Assembly (NCBI GenBank): GCA_037446635.1 | Contig: JBBIIG010000021.1 | Location: 26,508 to 65,161 of the forward strand | DNA length: 38,654 bases | Direction: 5' to 3' | DNA from: a bacterium | Lineage (GTDB): Bacteria > Zhuqueibacterota > Zhuqueibacteria > Oceanimicrobiales > Oceanimicrobiaceae | Shown: positions 8,743 to 20,400 of the stretch, piece after piece | Position numbering within the stretch: position 1 is the first letter of the stretch | How the letters are laid out: the number at the start of each line of letters is the position of its first letter | Translations under genes and position numbers: made by a program | The notes under the pieces: generated by a model | Seen by the model: the letters and a program-made list of their open reading frames with translations, nothing else | Database searches by the model: none | What the model was told of the DNA's origin: nothing

Positions 8743-10590
8743 TTATTTTTCAGTAACAATCTCAACCCGCACCATTCCGCGCACCGCATTCGTCAAAAAA
8801 ACTCCATCCGCGGATTGCACGTCTTCCAAAGTTAAAACTTTCTCGATGGCGTTGGCGTGCGCCGCCAGAAATTCCTGGCGAAAGACGCCGTTCAATAGTC
8901 CGCACTCAATCGGAGGAGTGTAGTAAATTCCATTCTTTTTTATGAAAACGTTGGAGATGGCACCCTCGGTGATCTGATCTTTTTCATTCATAAAAATCAC
9001 GTCAAAAAATCCCCGTGCTGAATATTTTTCGAATTCACTTTGATACAAATCGCGGCGCGTGGTTTTGTGAAACAAAAACACGTCGCGCGACGACGTTCGC
9101 GCCGATGAAACCGCCGCGCGCCCCAATTCTATTTTTTGATACGCCAATGGCTCGGCGCTAACCTGAACGTTTCCTTCTTTATTCAAAACCAGCCGGACTT
9201 TGTAGCGGCCCGAAATATGAAAGCGCCGTTCCAGGTCACGGAGGCCTTTCAGAACTTCATCTTCATCGTACAAAAAATCAAAATAAGCCGCCGACTCGCG
9301 CAGCCGTTTTAAATGCAGCGGCAGGCGCTGAAAACCGCCGCGCCAAAGTATAGTTTCAATTAACGAAAATTCGCGGTAGGGTTCAATCAAAAAATTGGCT
9401 TTGAGCCGGCATTCCTCGAATTCGGCGGCCGCGTCGGAGTCGTAAACCACGCCGCTGCCGACGCCCATTTCACCGCGGCCATTTTCGATAACCACGGTGC
9501 GAATGGGCACGTTGAACACCGCATTCCCTCCCGGCGCGATCATGCCAATGGCGCCGGTGTAAACGCCGCGCGGCGCGCGCTCCAGCTCGCGGATGATTTG
9601 CATGGTGCGGATTTTCGGTGCGCCGGTCACCGACCCGGACGGAAAAATACTTTTGAAAAGATCAAAGTACGACAGGCCGTTTTTTAACTCGCTGGCGATT
9701 GTCGAGGTCATTTGAAAAAGTGTGTTGTATTTTTCCACCGAGTAAAGATTTGACACCCGCACGCTGCCGGTTTTGGAAATGCGGCCCAGGTCGTTGCGCA
9801 GCAAATCGACGATCATCACGTTTTCGCTGCGGTTCTTTTCGTCGCTGGCCAAACGCTGCGCTAGCGCTTGATCTTCAGCAAACGTACGTCCGCGCGCCAT
9901 CGTGCCTTTCATCGGGCGGACGGTGATCTGACTTCCCGCTCTTTTAAAAAACAGTTCCGGCGAAAACGAAAGAATGTAGCGATCGCGAATTTTGATGAAC
10001 GCGTTATATGCCACCTCCTGCTTCTTTTTCAAATCCTGATAAAGCGGATAGGGATGACCGGCGAAATCAAACTTGTACTTAGTGGTGAAATTGACTTGAT
10101 AGGTGTCGCCGGCTTCAATGTATTTTTTGATTTGCCAAATTCGGCTCTCATAATCACTCGGCAAAATGGCGAGCTGCAGGTTGGAGATCGCATGCGGCGG
10201 CGGCGGTGCGTCCGAGTCGGCAAACCACTCCTGCTGGAAATCGATGCAGGCTCCCGTTTGATGATCGAAAATGAACGGCTTTTCAAACCGGCCTAACCAA
10301 ATCAACGGCAGAGCTTCCGGGGTGCGCTTTTTGACTTGATTAGTCAAATAGTAGCCGAGTTCATACGAAAAAAATCCAGCAAGAAAATAGCCCGGCGCGT
10401 TTTCATCGATCTGCGCGAAGACTTCGGGAATGCGTTCATCCTCGCGCGCTTCGAGAATTGCGCGCGGATTGATGAACAAAAAGCTGTGTCTGTTTTCGGG
10501 ATCGAATTTGTTGGTTTCCAACAAAATGAAGATCTCGTGGGAATCGATCCAATCGATTTTGAACGGCGGCAAGCGGTGGCTTTGCTTCAT
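8743..10590 (-). CDS. pabB: Aminodeoxychorismate synthase component I fused to an ADC lyase / class IV aminotransferase domain
   Basis: GDTYQVN, SPELFF, PMKGT, ENVMIVDLLRNDL and FPSGSVTGAPK, followed by HKTT, EGAISN, GLLNGVFR and NAVRG. The start could be 10641. Confidence 0.92.
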   Translation of the reverse strand: MKQSHRLPPFKIDWIDSHEIFILLETNKFDPENRHSFLFINPRAILEAREDERIPEVFAQIDENAPGYFLAGFFSYELGYYLTNQVKKRTPEALPLIWLGRFEKPFIFDHQTGACIDFQQEWFADSDAPPPPHAISNLQLAILPSDYESRIWQIKKYIEAGDTYQVNFTTKYKFDFAGHPYPLYQDLKKKQEVAYNAFIKIRDRYILSFSPELFFKRAGSQITVRPMKGTMARGRTFAEDQALAQRLASDEKNRSENVMIVDLLRNDLGRISKTGSVRVSNLYSVEKYNTLFQMTSTIASELKNGLSYFDLFKSIFPSGSVTGAPKIRTMQIIRELERAPRGVYTGAIGMIAPGGNAVFNVPIRTVVIENGRGEMGVGSGVVYDSDAAAEFEECRLKANFLIEPYREFSLIETILWRGGFQRLPLHLKRLRESAAYFDFLYDEDEVLKGLRDLERRFHISGRYKVRLVLNKEGNVQVSAEPLAYQKIELGRAAVSSARTSSRDVFLFHKTTRRDLYQSEFEKYSARGFFDVIFMNEKDQITEGAISNVFIKKNGIYYTPPIECGLLNGVFRQEFLAAHANAIEKVLTLEDVQSADGVFLTNAVRGMVRVEIVTEK

Positions 10591-10710
10591 ATTCTGTGCG
10601 GAGAGTTTTGAAAATGTATCGCAATCAGAGCTAGAAGTCAACCCATATGTGAGCTTGCATCTTTTGCGGCGCGTGATTATAATTTCACAAAACCGATTTA
10701 ATGAGGTTGT

Positions 10711-11355
10711 ATGGTCACGAAATTTCCACCAGTGGAATGGGCTGATGATACCGGCCTGTTAGCCATCGGCGGCGACCTTGAAGTCGAGACGCTGAAGTTG
10801 GCGTACACTAGCGGCATCTTTCCGTGGCCAATTGAAGGCGAACCACTTTACTGGTTTGCGCCGCCGCGGCGCGCCATCCTGCAATTCGACGAACTGCATG
10901 TGCCGGAGCGGCTGCAGCGTTATTTGAAAAACTCTGATTTCACTTTTCGGGTGAACTCAAATTTTGAAGCCGTGATCCGCGGCTGCGCCGCCAGCGCCAA
11001 CCGCAAAGGCGCGCGCGGCACCTGGATCACGCCGGAGATGATTGCGGCTTATTGTGAATTTCATCGCTGCGGTTTCGCGCACAGCTTCGAAACCTATAAT
11101 CGAAAAAATGAGCTGGTGGGCGGAATGTACGGCGTGATGATCAAAAAATATTTCGCTGGCGAAAGCATGTTTTACAAGGAATCCAACGCCTCAAAATTTG
11201 CGCTCATCGAAACGGTGAGCTTTCTTCGCCAGCGCGGGCTCGAGTGGATGGACGTGCAAACTCTGACGCCGCTGTTGAAACGGCTCGGCGCGAAGGAAAT
11301 CCCCCGCGCCGAGTTTATGAAAAAATTGCGAGAGGCGTTAAAGGAGGGGCTGTAA
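10711..11355 (+). CDS. aat: Leucyl/phenylalanyl-tRNA--protein transferase
   Basis: GLLAIGGDL, AYTSGIFPW, TWIT, AHSFE, FAGESMF and ASKFAL. GAGG RBS. Confidence 0.95.
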   Translation: MVTKFPPVEWADDTGLLAIGGDLEVETLKLAYTSGIFPWPIEGEPLYWFAPPRRAILQFDELHVPERLQRYLKNSDFTFRVNSNFEAVIRGCAASANRKGARGTWITPEMIAAYCEFHRCGFAHSFETYNRKNELVGGMYGVMIKKYFAGESMFYKESNASKFALIETVSFLRQRGLEWMDVQTLTPLLKRLGAKEIPRAEFMKKLREALKEGL

Positions 11356-11365
11356 CTTCGGGCGG

Positions 11366-11417
11366 CGTAACTCGACATTCACGTCGAGAAATAGGGCGAC
11401 ATAAATGTCGCATTACG
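11366..11417. repeat. Inverted pair of REP-like hairpins (REPIN-like) between convergent genes
   Basis: CGTAACTCGACATTCACGTCGAG on + and CGTAATGCGACATTTATGTCGC on -. Confidence 0.65.
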
Positions 11418-11420
11418 AAA

Positions 11421-14400
11421 TCAAACCGCCACGCCCATCAGCTTCGTTTCTAACACTGCAATCTCAGCGAGCCCCTCTTCCTCACGCCGGTTCTTTTCCT
11501 CCGGCTTCAACGGGCGCAGAACTTTGAAATCGGCGCGCCTGATTTCCGTGCGCTTGCCATTGATGGGAAGATAGAACCAGCCGTTTTCTTTCGTGAGTCC
11601 GAGAGAAAAATAGTGATCGACTTTTTGCAGCAGCTCGACGACTTCTTTCCAGTCCATCATGCGCTCCATCAGCTCGAGGCCGTCTTTCCAATCGCACTCT
11701 TTAATCACTTGTCCAAACAGCCGCACCAGTGTGCGCCATTCTTTGCCGGTGAACCGTTCTTCGATAAGCGACTTCAGCGCTTGCGAATCGCGATTGAGTT
11801 GCTGGAAGTCAGTCACCGTTTCCGGAACATCGCTGAGCAGATCGAGCAGTGAGTCGAGCGCATCCTGCTTTTCCGCCAACGGCCAATCTTCCGATTTCAA
11901 CGTGTACTTCGCGAGACTGCGCCAGCGCTCGAGGTAATCCTGCCAATTTTTTTCCGAGAAAGTGCGCTTGACCAAATTGGCGAGGTTGCGATAGACGGCG
12001 ACCCAATCTTCGGAGAGAAAACCCACGTCGAGGGCGTTGGCGAACTGCGCTTTCGTGATGCGATCGTCGGGATCATAAATGATAACTTTCCCGGCGGACG
12101 CGCCGGCCAAAATGCTGTTGCCCGCAAACGGCAAATATTTTCGGCGCAGCACGCCCTGCTCGTCCCACTCCAGCCCTAACATCAAAACCATGCCGCCCAT
12201 CAGCGACTCGGCGAGGTACTCCATCGCCGAACCGACAATCACCACTTTCAATCCCGGCCCCGTCGGGCTGCTGACGCTGTTGATCACCCAGCGCGTGCCG
12301 ACGTTGTCGCGCACGAAAATCTCTCCGCCTTTTGCGCCGTAAACGCCGGTATTGCCGGCGAGTCCGTGCACGACCACCGTGCCGGAGTGAATGATCTTTG
12401 CCATGTCGCTTTGCGCGTCGGCATGCACGTGCACCGTTCCGCCCATCAGCGAGTTGCCGATGTCCTGCCCCGGGCTGCCGTAGAGATGCAACTCCAGTCC
12501 CTGCGTGTTGGGGCCAAAGCCGGTGCCGAGATAACGCTGGCCAGTAATTTTATAAACGATGAATTTGTGCCAGCCTTTCTCATACGCGCCGATGAGGGCA
12601 CGCGCCAGCGAATCGTGGCCTTCCGCTGGAAATCCGGAAGCATCGACTACCAGCACCTGTCGATCGTCGCTGCAAGTTGGAATATCGCGATAACAAAAAC
12701 GTGTGACGCGATGAAACTTGCGCCCGCTCTGTCCTTTATTGATGATCTCAATCTCATCGAACGCGGCGTTCAACCCCTCGTTGACCATTTGAATCAACAA
12801 CGCGCGTTTCTTTGTATCAGCGCCGACGTCTATTCCTTGCATGCGATCGCGAATCAAAGTGAGCGCTGCGATGGCCAACGTCAGAGCCTCATCCGAATTT
12901 TCGTTGTGCGCCAGCGCCTCCACCAGCCAGCGGAACGTGTTGTACTCCCAATTCTTCGCATTCGTTTTCACGAATCCGAAGATCTCCTCAGCTTTCTGGA
13001 ATCGCAGCCGGCCCAGCTCATCAAACAGATTCTTCGCGACAAACTGTACTTCCTCTGATTCAAAATTGATCGGCTGACGCATATCATAATGAGCGCCGCG
13101 CTCTTGCGGCAGAATGTTTCCAAACTTGTCGGCGATTTCAAATTTGTACTCGCCACGGGCTTTGCGCCGCAGATGATAAATGAGCGCGCCGCCGCCGCGC
13201 ACGTCGCCCTCGGAGTCCTGCTCCACGCTGCCACCGCGCACGATGCGCACGCGATCCGGCTCGTTGGACGCAAGCACACCGGAGTGATAAAGCGCGTCCA
13301 TCACCGAGCGGCACGCCTGTTCTTCGGATCCCACCAAGCCAATTGAAGCCCACTTGCCATTGTGACTTTGCTGCCAAACGAACACCGACGGCCGCAGCAC
13401 CGAAGTGTCCGTCAAGCCGATGATGCGCAAATCGCGAGTGACCGCGTCCTGATCGCCGATGATGAAAAACCACGGGCCGTCCGGCGAGCCGCCGACGTGC
13501 GTTTTCTGAATGGCTTCAAAATCTGCGGCGAGCTCCGGATTCACTTTTTTCAGTCGCTGCAAGTCGATGCCGGTCGTCGGCGCGATGGCCTCGATGATAT
13601 GTGTTTGCGGGTAGCCCATCTGTTTGAGAATAGAATACGCCTTCGCCGCCATTTCGGTGTCGGTGCGGAATTGCGGCGCGCCGCCGAATTGATCCCAGAA
13701 GCGCACCATCGCCACGTAATTGGCAAAGTCGCCGTTGTGGATGAGCGCTTCGTAAACGCGGCCGTAAAATGGGTGACTGCCGCCGCTGTACGGACTGAAC
13801 ACGGTGGGGAAGCGCTGGTGTCCGATCCAGATGTGCGCGCCGCGGTTGTAGATCACAACCGAGCAATTATTCTGTGCAGGAATAACTTCGATTTTCGTTT
13901 TTCGGTTTTCGATTTTCGAAATTTCATTATTTGAGATGTACTCGGCATCGCCGACGATCCAGTAATCCGCTGCCTGCTCCGCGTAGCCCACCAATTTCCA
14001 GATGCCGCCGTCTTTCATCATCGACGCCACAAACGCTTCCGGATTGGCGCCGCGCTGCTGCGGCTCGATGTAAAACTTTTGGTTGATTTCAAACGCGCGG
14101 CGATAGATGAACTCGTCTTCCAAATCGCGCCATAAATCTTTGTACTCCGGGGCTTCCCAGAATTTAGAATCTGGATCGATGTCGTCGAGATAGTCGTCCG
14201 TGAGCAGGTCGAAGTATTTCACAAAGTAGTCGATCCACTTGCCGGCGATGTTGAGATTTTGCAGCAGCTCGCGCGGGTGGCCGTTCGCCAGAATTTTGCG
14301 ATCGCAATCAGCGAGCCGGCAATCATCCAAAACCTGCTGCGCGAAATCCAGCAGTACCTCTTTTTTCGCGCGCACGAAGAAGCGGTACATGTCGCCGGGA

Positions 14401-17400
14401 TCGACGGCCAAACCGGCTTCTTCAAACGTGATGTCGCGGCCATCTTTTTGCACCCGCGGATTGCGGAAGCGCTCGAGGTTGGCGCTGGAAATTTCGACTG
14501 TTCGCCCGTTGCGATCGAAAACGTCGAAATCGCTGAGATGCTGCCGCGCGATTTCCAACATTTTCTGCTGCCGCTGCTTCTCCGGCGTTAACGCGATAAT
14601 TTGAAACGCATAGCAATCTTCAAAATCGTCAGCGAAAATTCCGCCCAGTCCCAAAATACCGCCGCCGCGGCCGTTGCCGCGATTGTGCATCCGCTGGCAG
14701 GCGGTTTGAATGCTCTCCACCGGTACTGGTTTCGTGCACGCAAAACTCACCACCCCGCAGGCATCCCGCTCACTCGGCTCCTCTTTCGTTTTATCCCACT
14801 CATTTACTACCACGCTTCGCGTTCTGCTCTTCGCTCCACCTGCCTGCGCAGCTTCCGCTTTCCGATTTTCGCTTTTCGATTTTCGCTCATCGATTTCCCG
14901 CCAGCCCCAGTCCGAGATCAAATCCGTCCGCCCGCGCAGCTCGCGAATATCTTTGACGCCCCACACGTACATCATTTTCATCACGTGCTGCATCACCGAA
15001 ACCTGCGTGTTGATCAACCACTGCGCGTTGAGTAAAATCTCTTTCTGCTCTTCGAGCTGCTCGACAGTGGTGGTGATGCCTTTCTGACAGCCGCCCGGTG
15101 CTTCGCAGTTGCCGCAGCGGTTGCACTGCTGCGCGACAATTTCCTGCGTTCCCAAAATCACTTTGTCCGCGCCTAAGATCAGCGCCTTCGCCATGTCATA
15201 CGCCGAACGAATGCCGCCGCTCGCCACCAGCGTAACTTTGTTGCGCACGCCCTGCTCCACCAAAAATTTGTGCACGTCGGAGAGTCCGTATTCCAGCGGC
15301 ATGGCGATGCGATTGCGGGCGATGTCCGGCGCCGCGCCAGTGCCGCCGGCCGTGGCGTCGATCTGAATTTCGTCCGCGCCACCGGTGACCAGTCCCAACG
15401 CCACGTGATAGACATCGACCGGCGTGGAAATTTTCACGGTGAGAATCGCGTCGGGATTGATGGTGCGCAGCCACTCGAGCATTTTCGTGACGTCTTCGAT
15501 GGAATAGACATCGTGGAACGGGAACGGACTGAACACGCTGATGCCGGCAATCACACCGCGCAAATCTTCCACCTGCGAAGTCACCTTCGCGCCGAGGATG
15601 TGTCCACCCAAGCCGGGCTTCGCGCCCTGCGCAAATTTCAAAACCACTTTTCGCACGCGGCGAATGGTATCTTCATTGACGCCGAAATAGCCGGTGGCGG
15701 TTTGGGTTGCCACCCAGTATTCCAACTGTTTGCCGAGCCAGCGCAATTCATCATTTGAAAGATTGGGGAAAAATTTCTGCAGACGTTCAAATTTCTCCAG
15801 CGGAAATCCGCCTTCGCCAGTGCCGGTGAAACGCTTCAGCGTGGCGCCGGCGAGGTAGCGCGCCAGCGTCAATTTCCAGCCGATGGAGCCGAGCGACATG
15901 TCCGCGGCGTCGATGGGAAAATGGTTGACGTACGGCTGGCATTCCGGGCGACGATGTTTGTTGATCACGCCGGCGGAAATCGAAATCGCGTCGAGGGCGG
16001 CAAGCACTTGCGGGTCGCCGGCGCGGAGGGCGCGATCGACTTCTTCCACCGCGCTTTCCAGGCTCATAGTCTTGCCTGCCTGCGCAGGCAGGCCGTTGAA
16101 ATTCACGGACCCAAATTTCGCGCAATCGAAACTGCCGCCGCCGAAATCCGCTCCCGTTTGCGGGACCTTGTGGGACGGAACCGCGCCAGAGGCCATCATC
16201 CAGGTGGCGGTGAGCACGTCGGCGTTCCAGCGCCGATCGCCGCGGGCACTGAGCATCGATTCCAGACTCGCTTTGCGCTCGCCAAGTAAATTTGCGTTGG
16301 GCGGTGGAACGACTTTGATCAATTTACTTAATTCAGAAAATTTCCAAGAAGCGGCTTTGGCTAACTCGCCATCTTCTTTGACTTTCTTTTCGTTTACGGA
16401 AATCGCCAGCCGCCGCAGCTTTTCATCTTCCACAATCGCGCGCATTTTTTGCTCGCGCTGGCGCAGATCGATCAAGCGCCCGGTCTCGCCGACGGTGCGG
16501 CGGATGTCGCGCACTCCGAACGCGCCCAAAACTTCCTGAATTTGTTTGTGCCACGACTTGAATAAATTATGCAAACGCTGCCCACCCTCATCGGGATCGA
16601 TCTCCGGCAGCGGCTCACCGCGTTTCTCCAACATGGGGAATTCGTGATTAAGCGCCACCAGCGCCGCGCGATCCAATACCAGTGCGCTCGCGCCCATCAT
16701 CATCGCGATGCCGAGATCCGCCGGCGATTTGATGCCGTTGGCGATAATCGAAACCTGCGTGTGCAGCGACTCACTCAACAATTTCTCATAACAAACTTGG
16801 ATGATATCCGCGGATTCGTGATAGCCTTTTTGTGAATTGTAATGACAGTTGAGATGAATGATCTCGGCGCCGGCTTTTGCCAACTCCAGCACGCGATCGG
16901 CAACGTCATCCGGTTCAGCGCCGACCTCGCATTCCACGAGATGAGAAACCACTAACTTCGAACTAAAGTTTTCACGCAACTCCGCAATCGACTTTAGACT
17001 TGCTCCGCTGAACTCGATCAGTGGAATCCGCTTGAACGACTCGAGTCGTTTGTCCTCAGCTTTCGTCCGCCAGGTGTTGATGGTATCAATTTCCTCCGGC
17101 AACAAGCGCAGCCCGATGTTGCCGGCGAAAGGATGCAGTGCATCAAAATTTTCGATGAATTTGAAAAAATCCAAAATCAAAATCGTGCCCTCACGATGGG
17201 CGGTGCGAGCGAAAATGCTGGCGAGATCACGCGTCTGTTTTCGGCCCGGCAGCGCCGGCAGCTCGAGCAAAATGGGGGTCGGCAAATCGAGGGTGTTAAA
17301 ATGAGTTTTGAGTCGCGGAAAACCGTTACCATTTGTTTCGTCGAACAAATGGAAAAGCGGCTTGCGGCCCAAATTCACGCCGATATCGATGGCCTCGCGG

Positions 17401-20400
17401 ATGCCATCGCGGGTGGGCCGCACGATCACCGAAAAGTCGAACATGTAGCGGTCGAACCCTTTGCCGCCAAAAAGTCCGGTGGAACCGGTGCCGCTGGTGG
17501 GCACGCCGCCGGTGCGCGCTTCTTCATTGATGCGGCGCACGTCTTCGCGAGTGAAATCTTCGCCCGCGAGATTCACATAATAATCATTGATATTGACGCG
17601 AATGGCATCGACCGGGCACTCGATGACGCAGTACAAGCAACCGTTGCAATGCTGGTGGCCGAGATCGATCTGAGCCGGCTTTGGAAAATGGATATATTCG
17701 CCGTTGCTCTGCCCCTGCAATTTCAGCGCTTTGGGAATTGGGCCGCCAGCGTCATTAAACCACGCTTTCGGAACTTTGCCGTCCAGCTCGCGCAGCAGAT
17801 CGTCGAGGCTGACCATTTGCCGCGGGTGGCGCGGATCCCAAAAGCCGCGTTGGCTGGTGGTGTGCTCGTCGCCGCACTTGCCGCAATTGATGCAGCGGTC
17901 GCGATCGACTTCAACTTTGTAAATGGCGAAATCGGTTTTCGGCTGCAGCGTCGTGAGGTCGCCGGATTTGGGGACGCGATAATTTCCTAGCACTTCTTTC
18001 ATGGCGCGCGCAACGCCGGGATGAGTTTTCAAAATGTCCATGTAACGGGCAATCGCGCCATCGACGTCGTAGCCTTCTTTGCGCAGCAGGGTTTCGAAAT
18101 CGTCGTACGTGGGCAGCTTTTTTTGGCACGCTGGAGAACCGCCGTTCTCGACTTCCAGCAGCATGTCGCTGATCGGGCAAACCGTCTCGCGTTCGGCGAC
18201 ACCGCAGCGAAAACAGAGCACGAAACGATCGACATCTTCCTGCGACAGCTTTTTGCCCTCGAAGAGATGCTGCTGCATGAACTCCATTTTAAAACGCGGC
18301 GTGATGTAAATCGCGTCCTTCATCAATTTCGGATCGCCGGACTTTTCCCAGATTTGCGCCAGCGGACAAATCATGCACGCCGAGCATTTGATGCAGCGGT
18401 GCAGGGCGTCGAAGTTTTCGCGCTTGTACGGCAGGGTTTGATCCGACTGCAATTTTTCTTTGACTTTGCCGCGCAATTTGAAACGTGCCTGTGTGCGCAG
18501 AGCCAGATCCAGCAGATCGATGGAGCGCTCGTGCAGCAGCAATTTTCCTAAGAGATTGTGGCCCCGGCTGCGGATTTCAGTGATCTTGCCCGGATTGAGA
18601 ATACGCGCGGGATCGAAACGATCTTTGGCGCGTTTGAGATCGCGAAACACTTTCACGCCCAGCGCCCGCCGTGACAGGCCGGCGAACCAGAGGCCAAAGC
18701 CGTACGGCCGTCCGCCAAATTTTTTGATGGCCCGCCGCGCCAGCACCGGCGCCAAACTGAAGTGGCGATAGTATTGAAACTTCAGCCGGCGGTCACTGAG
18801 AAACTGCGGCAGCACCAGCGCTTCGTCGGAGTTGAGGAGATACGCAACGGGTAAAATCTCGATGCCCAATTTCGAAGCCAGATCGGATACACTTTTCAGG
18901 TAGCCATCGACTTGAGACAAAGGCAGGATCACCTCCGCGGTCAGTAGGTCGCCTTTTTTGCGCAGCTTCATGGGGGCGAAGCGCTCGTCCCAAAGAGCCT
19001 CGGCAACTTTGGGTGAGGCGACTTCGCAATTAGGTTTGGCGTAATCGACAAACGCGTCGCGATCGGCGGCGGAATCAAAAACCAAAAGCACCGTGTCGCG
19101 CGCCGGCGAATTGCTTTTGATCAAATCGGGGGAAAATAAGTCGCTGGATTTTTCTTCAGACTTGATCTTTTGGATTTGATCGAGATAAGCTTTTCCAAAA
19201 AATTCGACATGAATGGGTTTGAAAGGGACGCGCGCGGATTTAACGTCCACGGAGAGCATCTGCAAAAATTTGAAGGCGCTTTGTGAATCATTGAAATTCA
19301 GAACCACCGGAAAATCAGCAGCGGGCTTGGGCCGCGCTTTCAACGTAACTTCGGTGACGACGCCGAAGCGGCCGTTGGCGCCGAAATAATAAGCAAAATC
19401 CGGCGCGGATTTTTCCACTAATTTTTCCTCGCCATCGACGCCGACGACGCGGATGGACTCGACGGTGTCGCGGATGTGGCCGAAGCCGAACGCATTCAAA
19501 CCCAGTCCACCTTTGAAGGGCTCACCCACTGAAATAAATCCCGCGATGACGCCGTATTTGTTGCTGGGCCGGACCTTCAACGTCAAATGATGGCGATTGA
19601 GCGCTTCCTCGGCCTCATTAAAATCCACCGCGGCGCTAACCGTGATAGTTTGTTTTTCGGGTTCGACGAAAATCCTCTTTTCGAACGCAGCCATCTCCAA
19701 CACCACGCCGCCTTTGGTGAGCAGCGCGCCGCCAAGCGCCCAGGTTCCTCTTCCGCGCGGGGCAATGTTGATTTTATTTTTTGAAGCGTACGCCAAAAAC
19801 TTTTTGAGATGATCGACGGTGCGCGGGGCGAAAATGAGCTGCGGCGTGATGTTGAAAAGCGCGCGCAGTTTTTTGGGAATCGCGGCGTAATCGCGTGTGT
19901 AAACGGTTCGCCGAGAGAAGGGTTCAGTCTTAAAAAGCGCCTCCGCTTCTTCTTCGCCGAAACCCAAGTTGGAAACGATGTTTTCGAGCAGCTTTTGAGC
20001 TCGTTTCGTTGAGAGCTTCTCGAAGAACGCCATCGGCTTGGGGGTTGCGTCGTGTTCCCGTTCCCAGAGGGGCGAGTTTTCCCGCGACCGCCACCAGGCG
20101 CCGATCGCGTCGTGCAGGCGATTGTTCGTCGGTCGCGCACCCGCGGCGGCAAATGCCAGCAGGTCGGCAGTGGAAAGGTTACCATTGAGTTGGGCGCTGA
20201 AAAGCTGATCGTTATCGATCATCACTTTCAAGCGATTGCGCTGCACTTCCCCAAGTTGCCAGGGAAAGCCTTCCTGCGCATCCACGGACACGCGCCCTAA
20301 ATTGGCAAAGGTTTTTTCGCGGCCGCCATTGAAAAACTGCTCGAGGGCCAAACGTTGGGAAAACGCGCGGCGTTCGTCCTCGGCGGGCGCTGCGGAGTTA

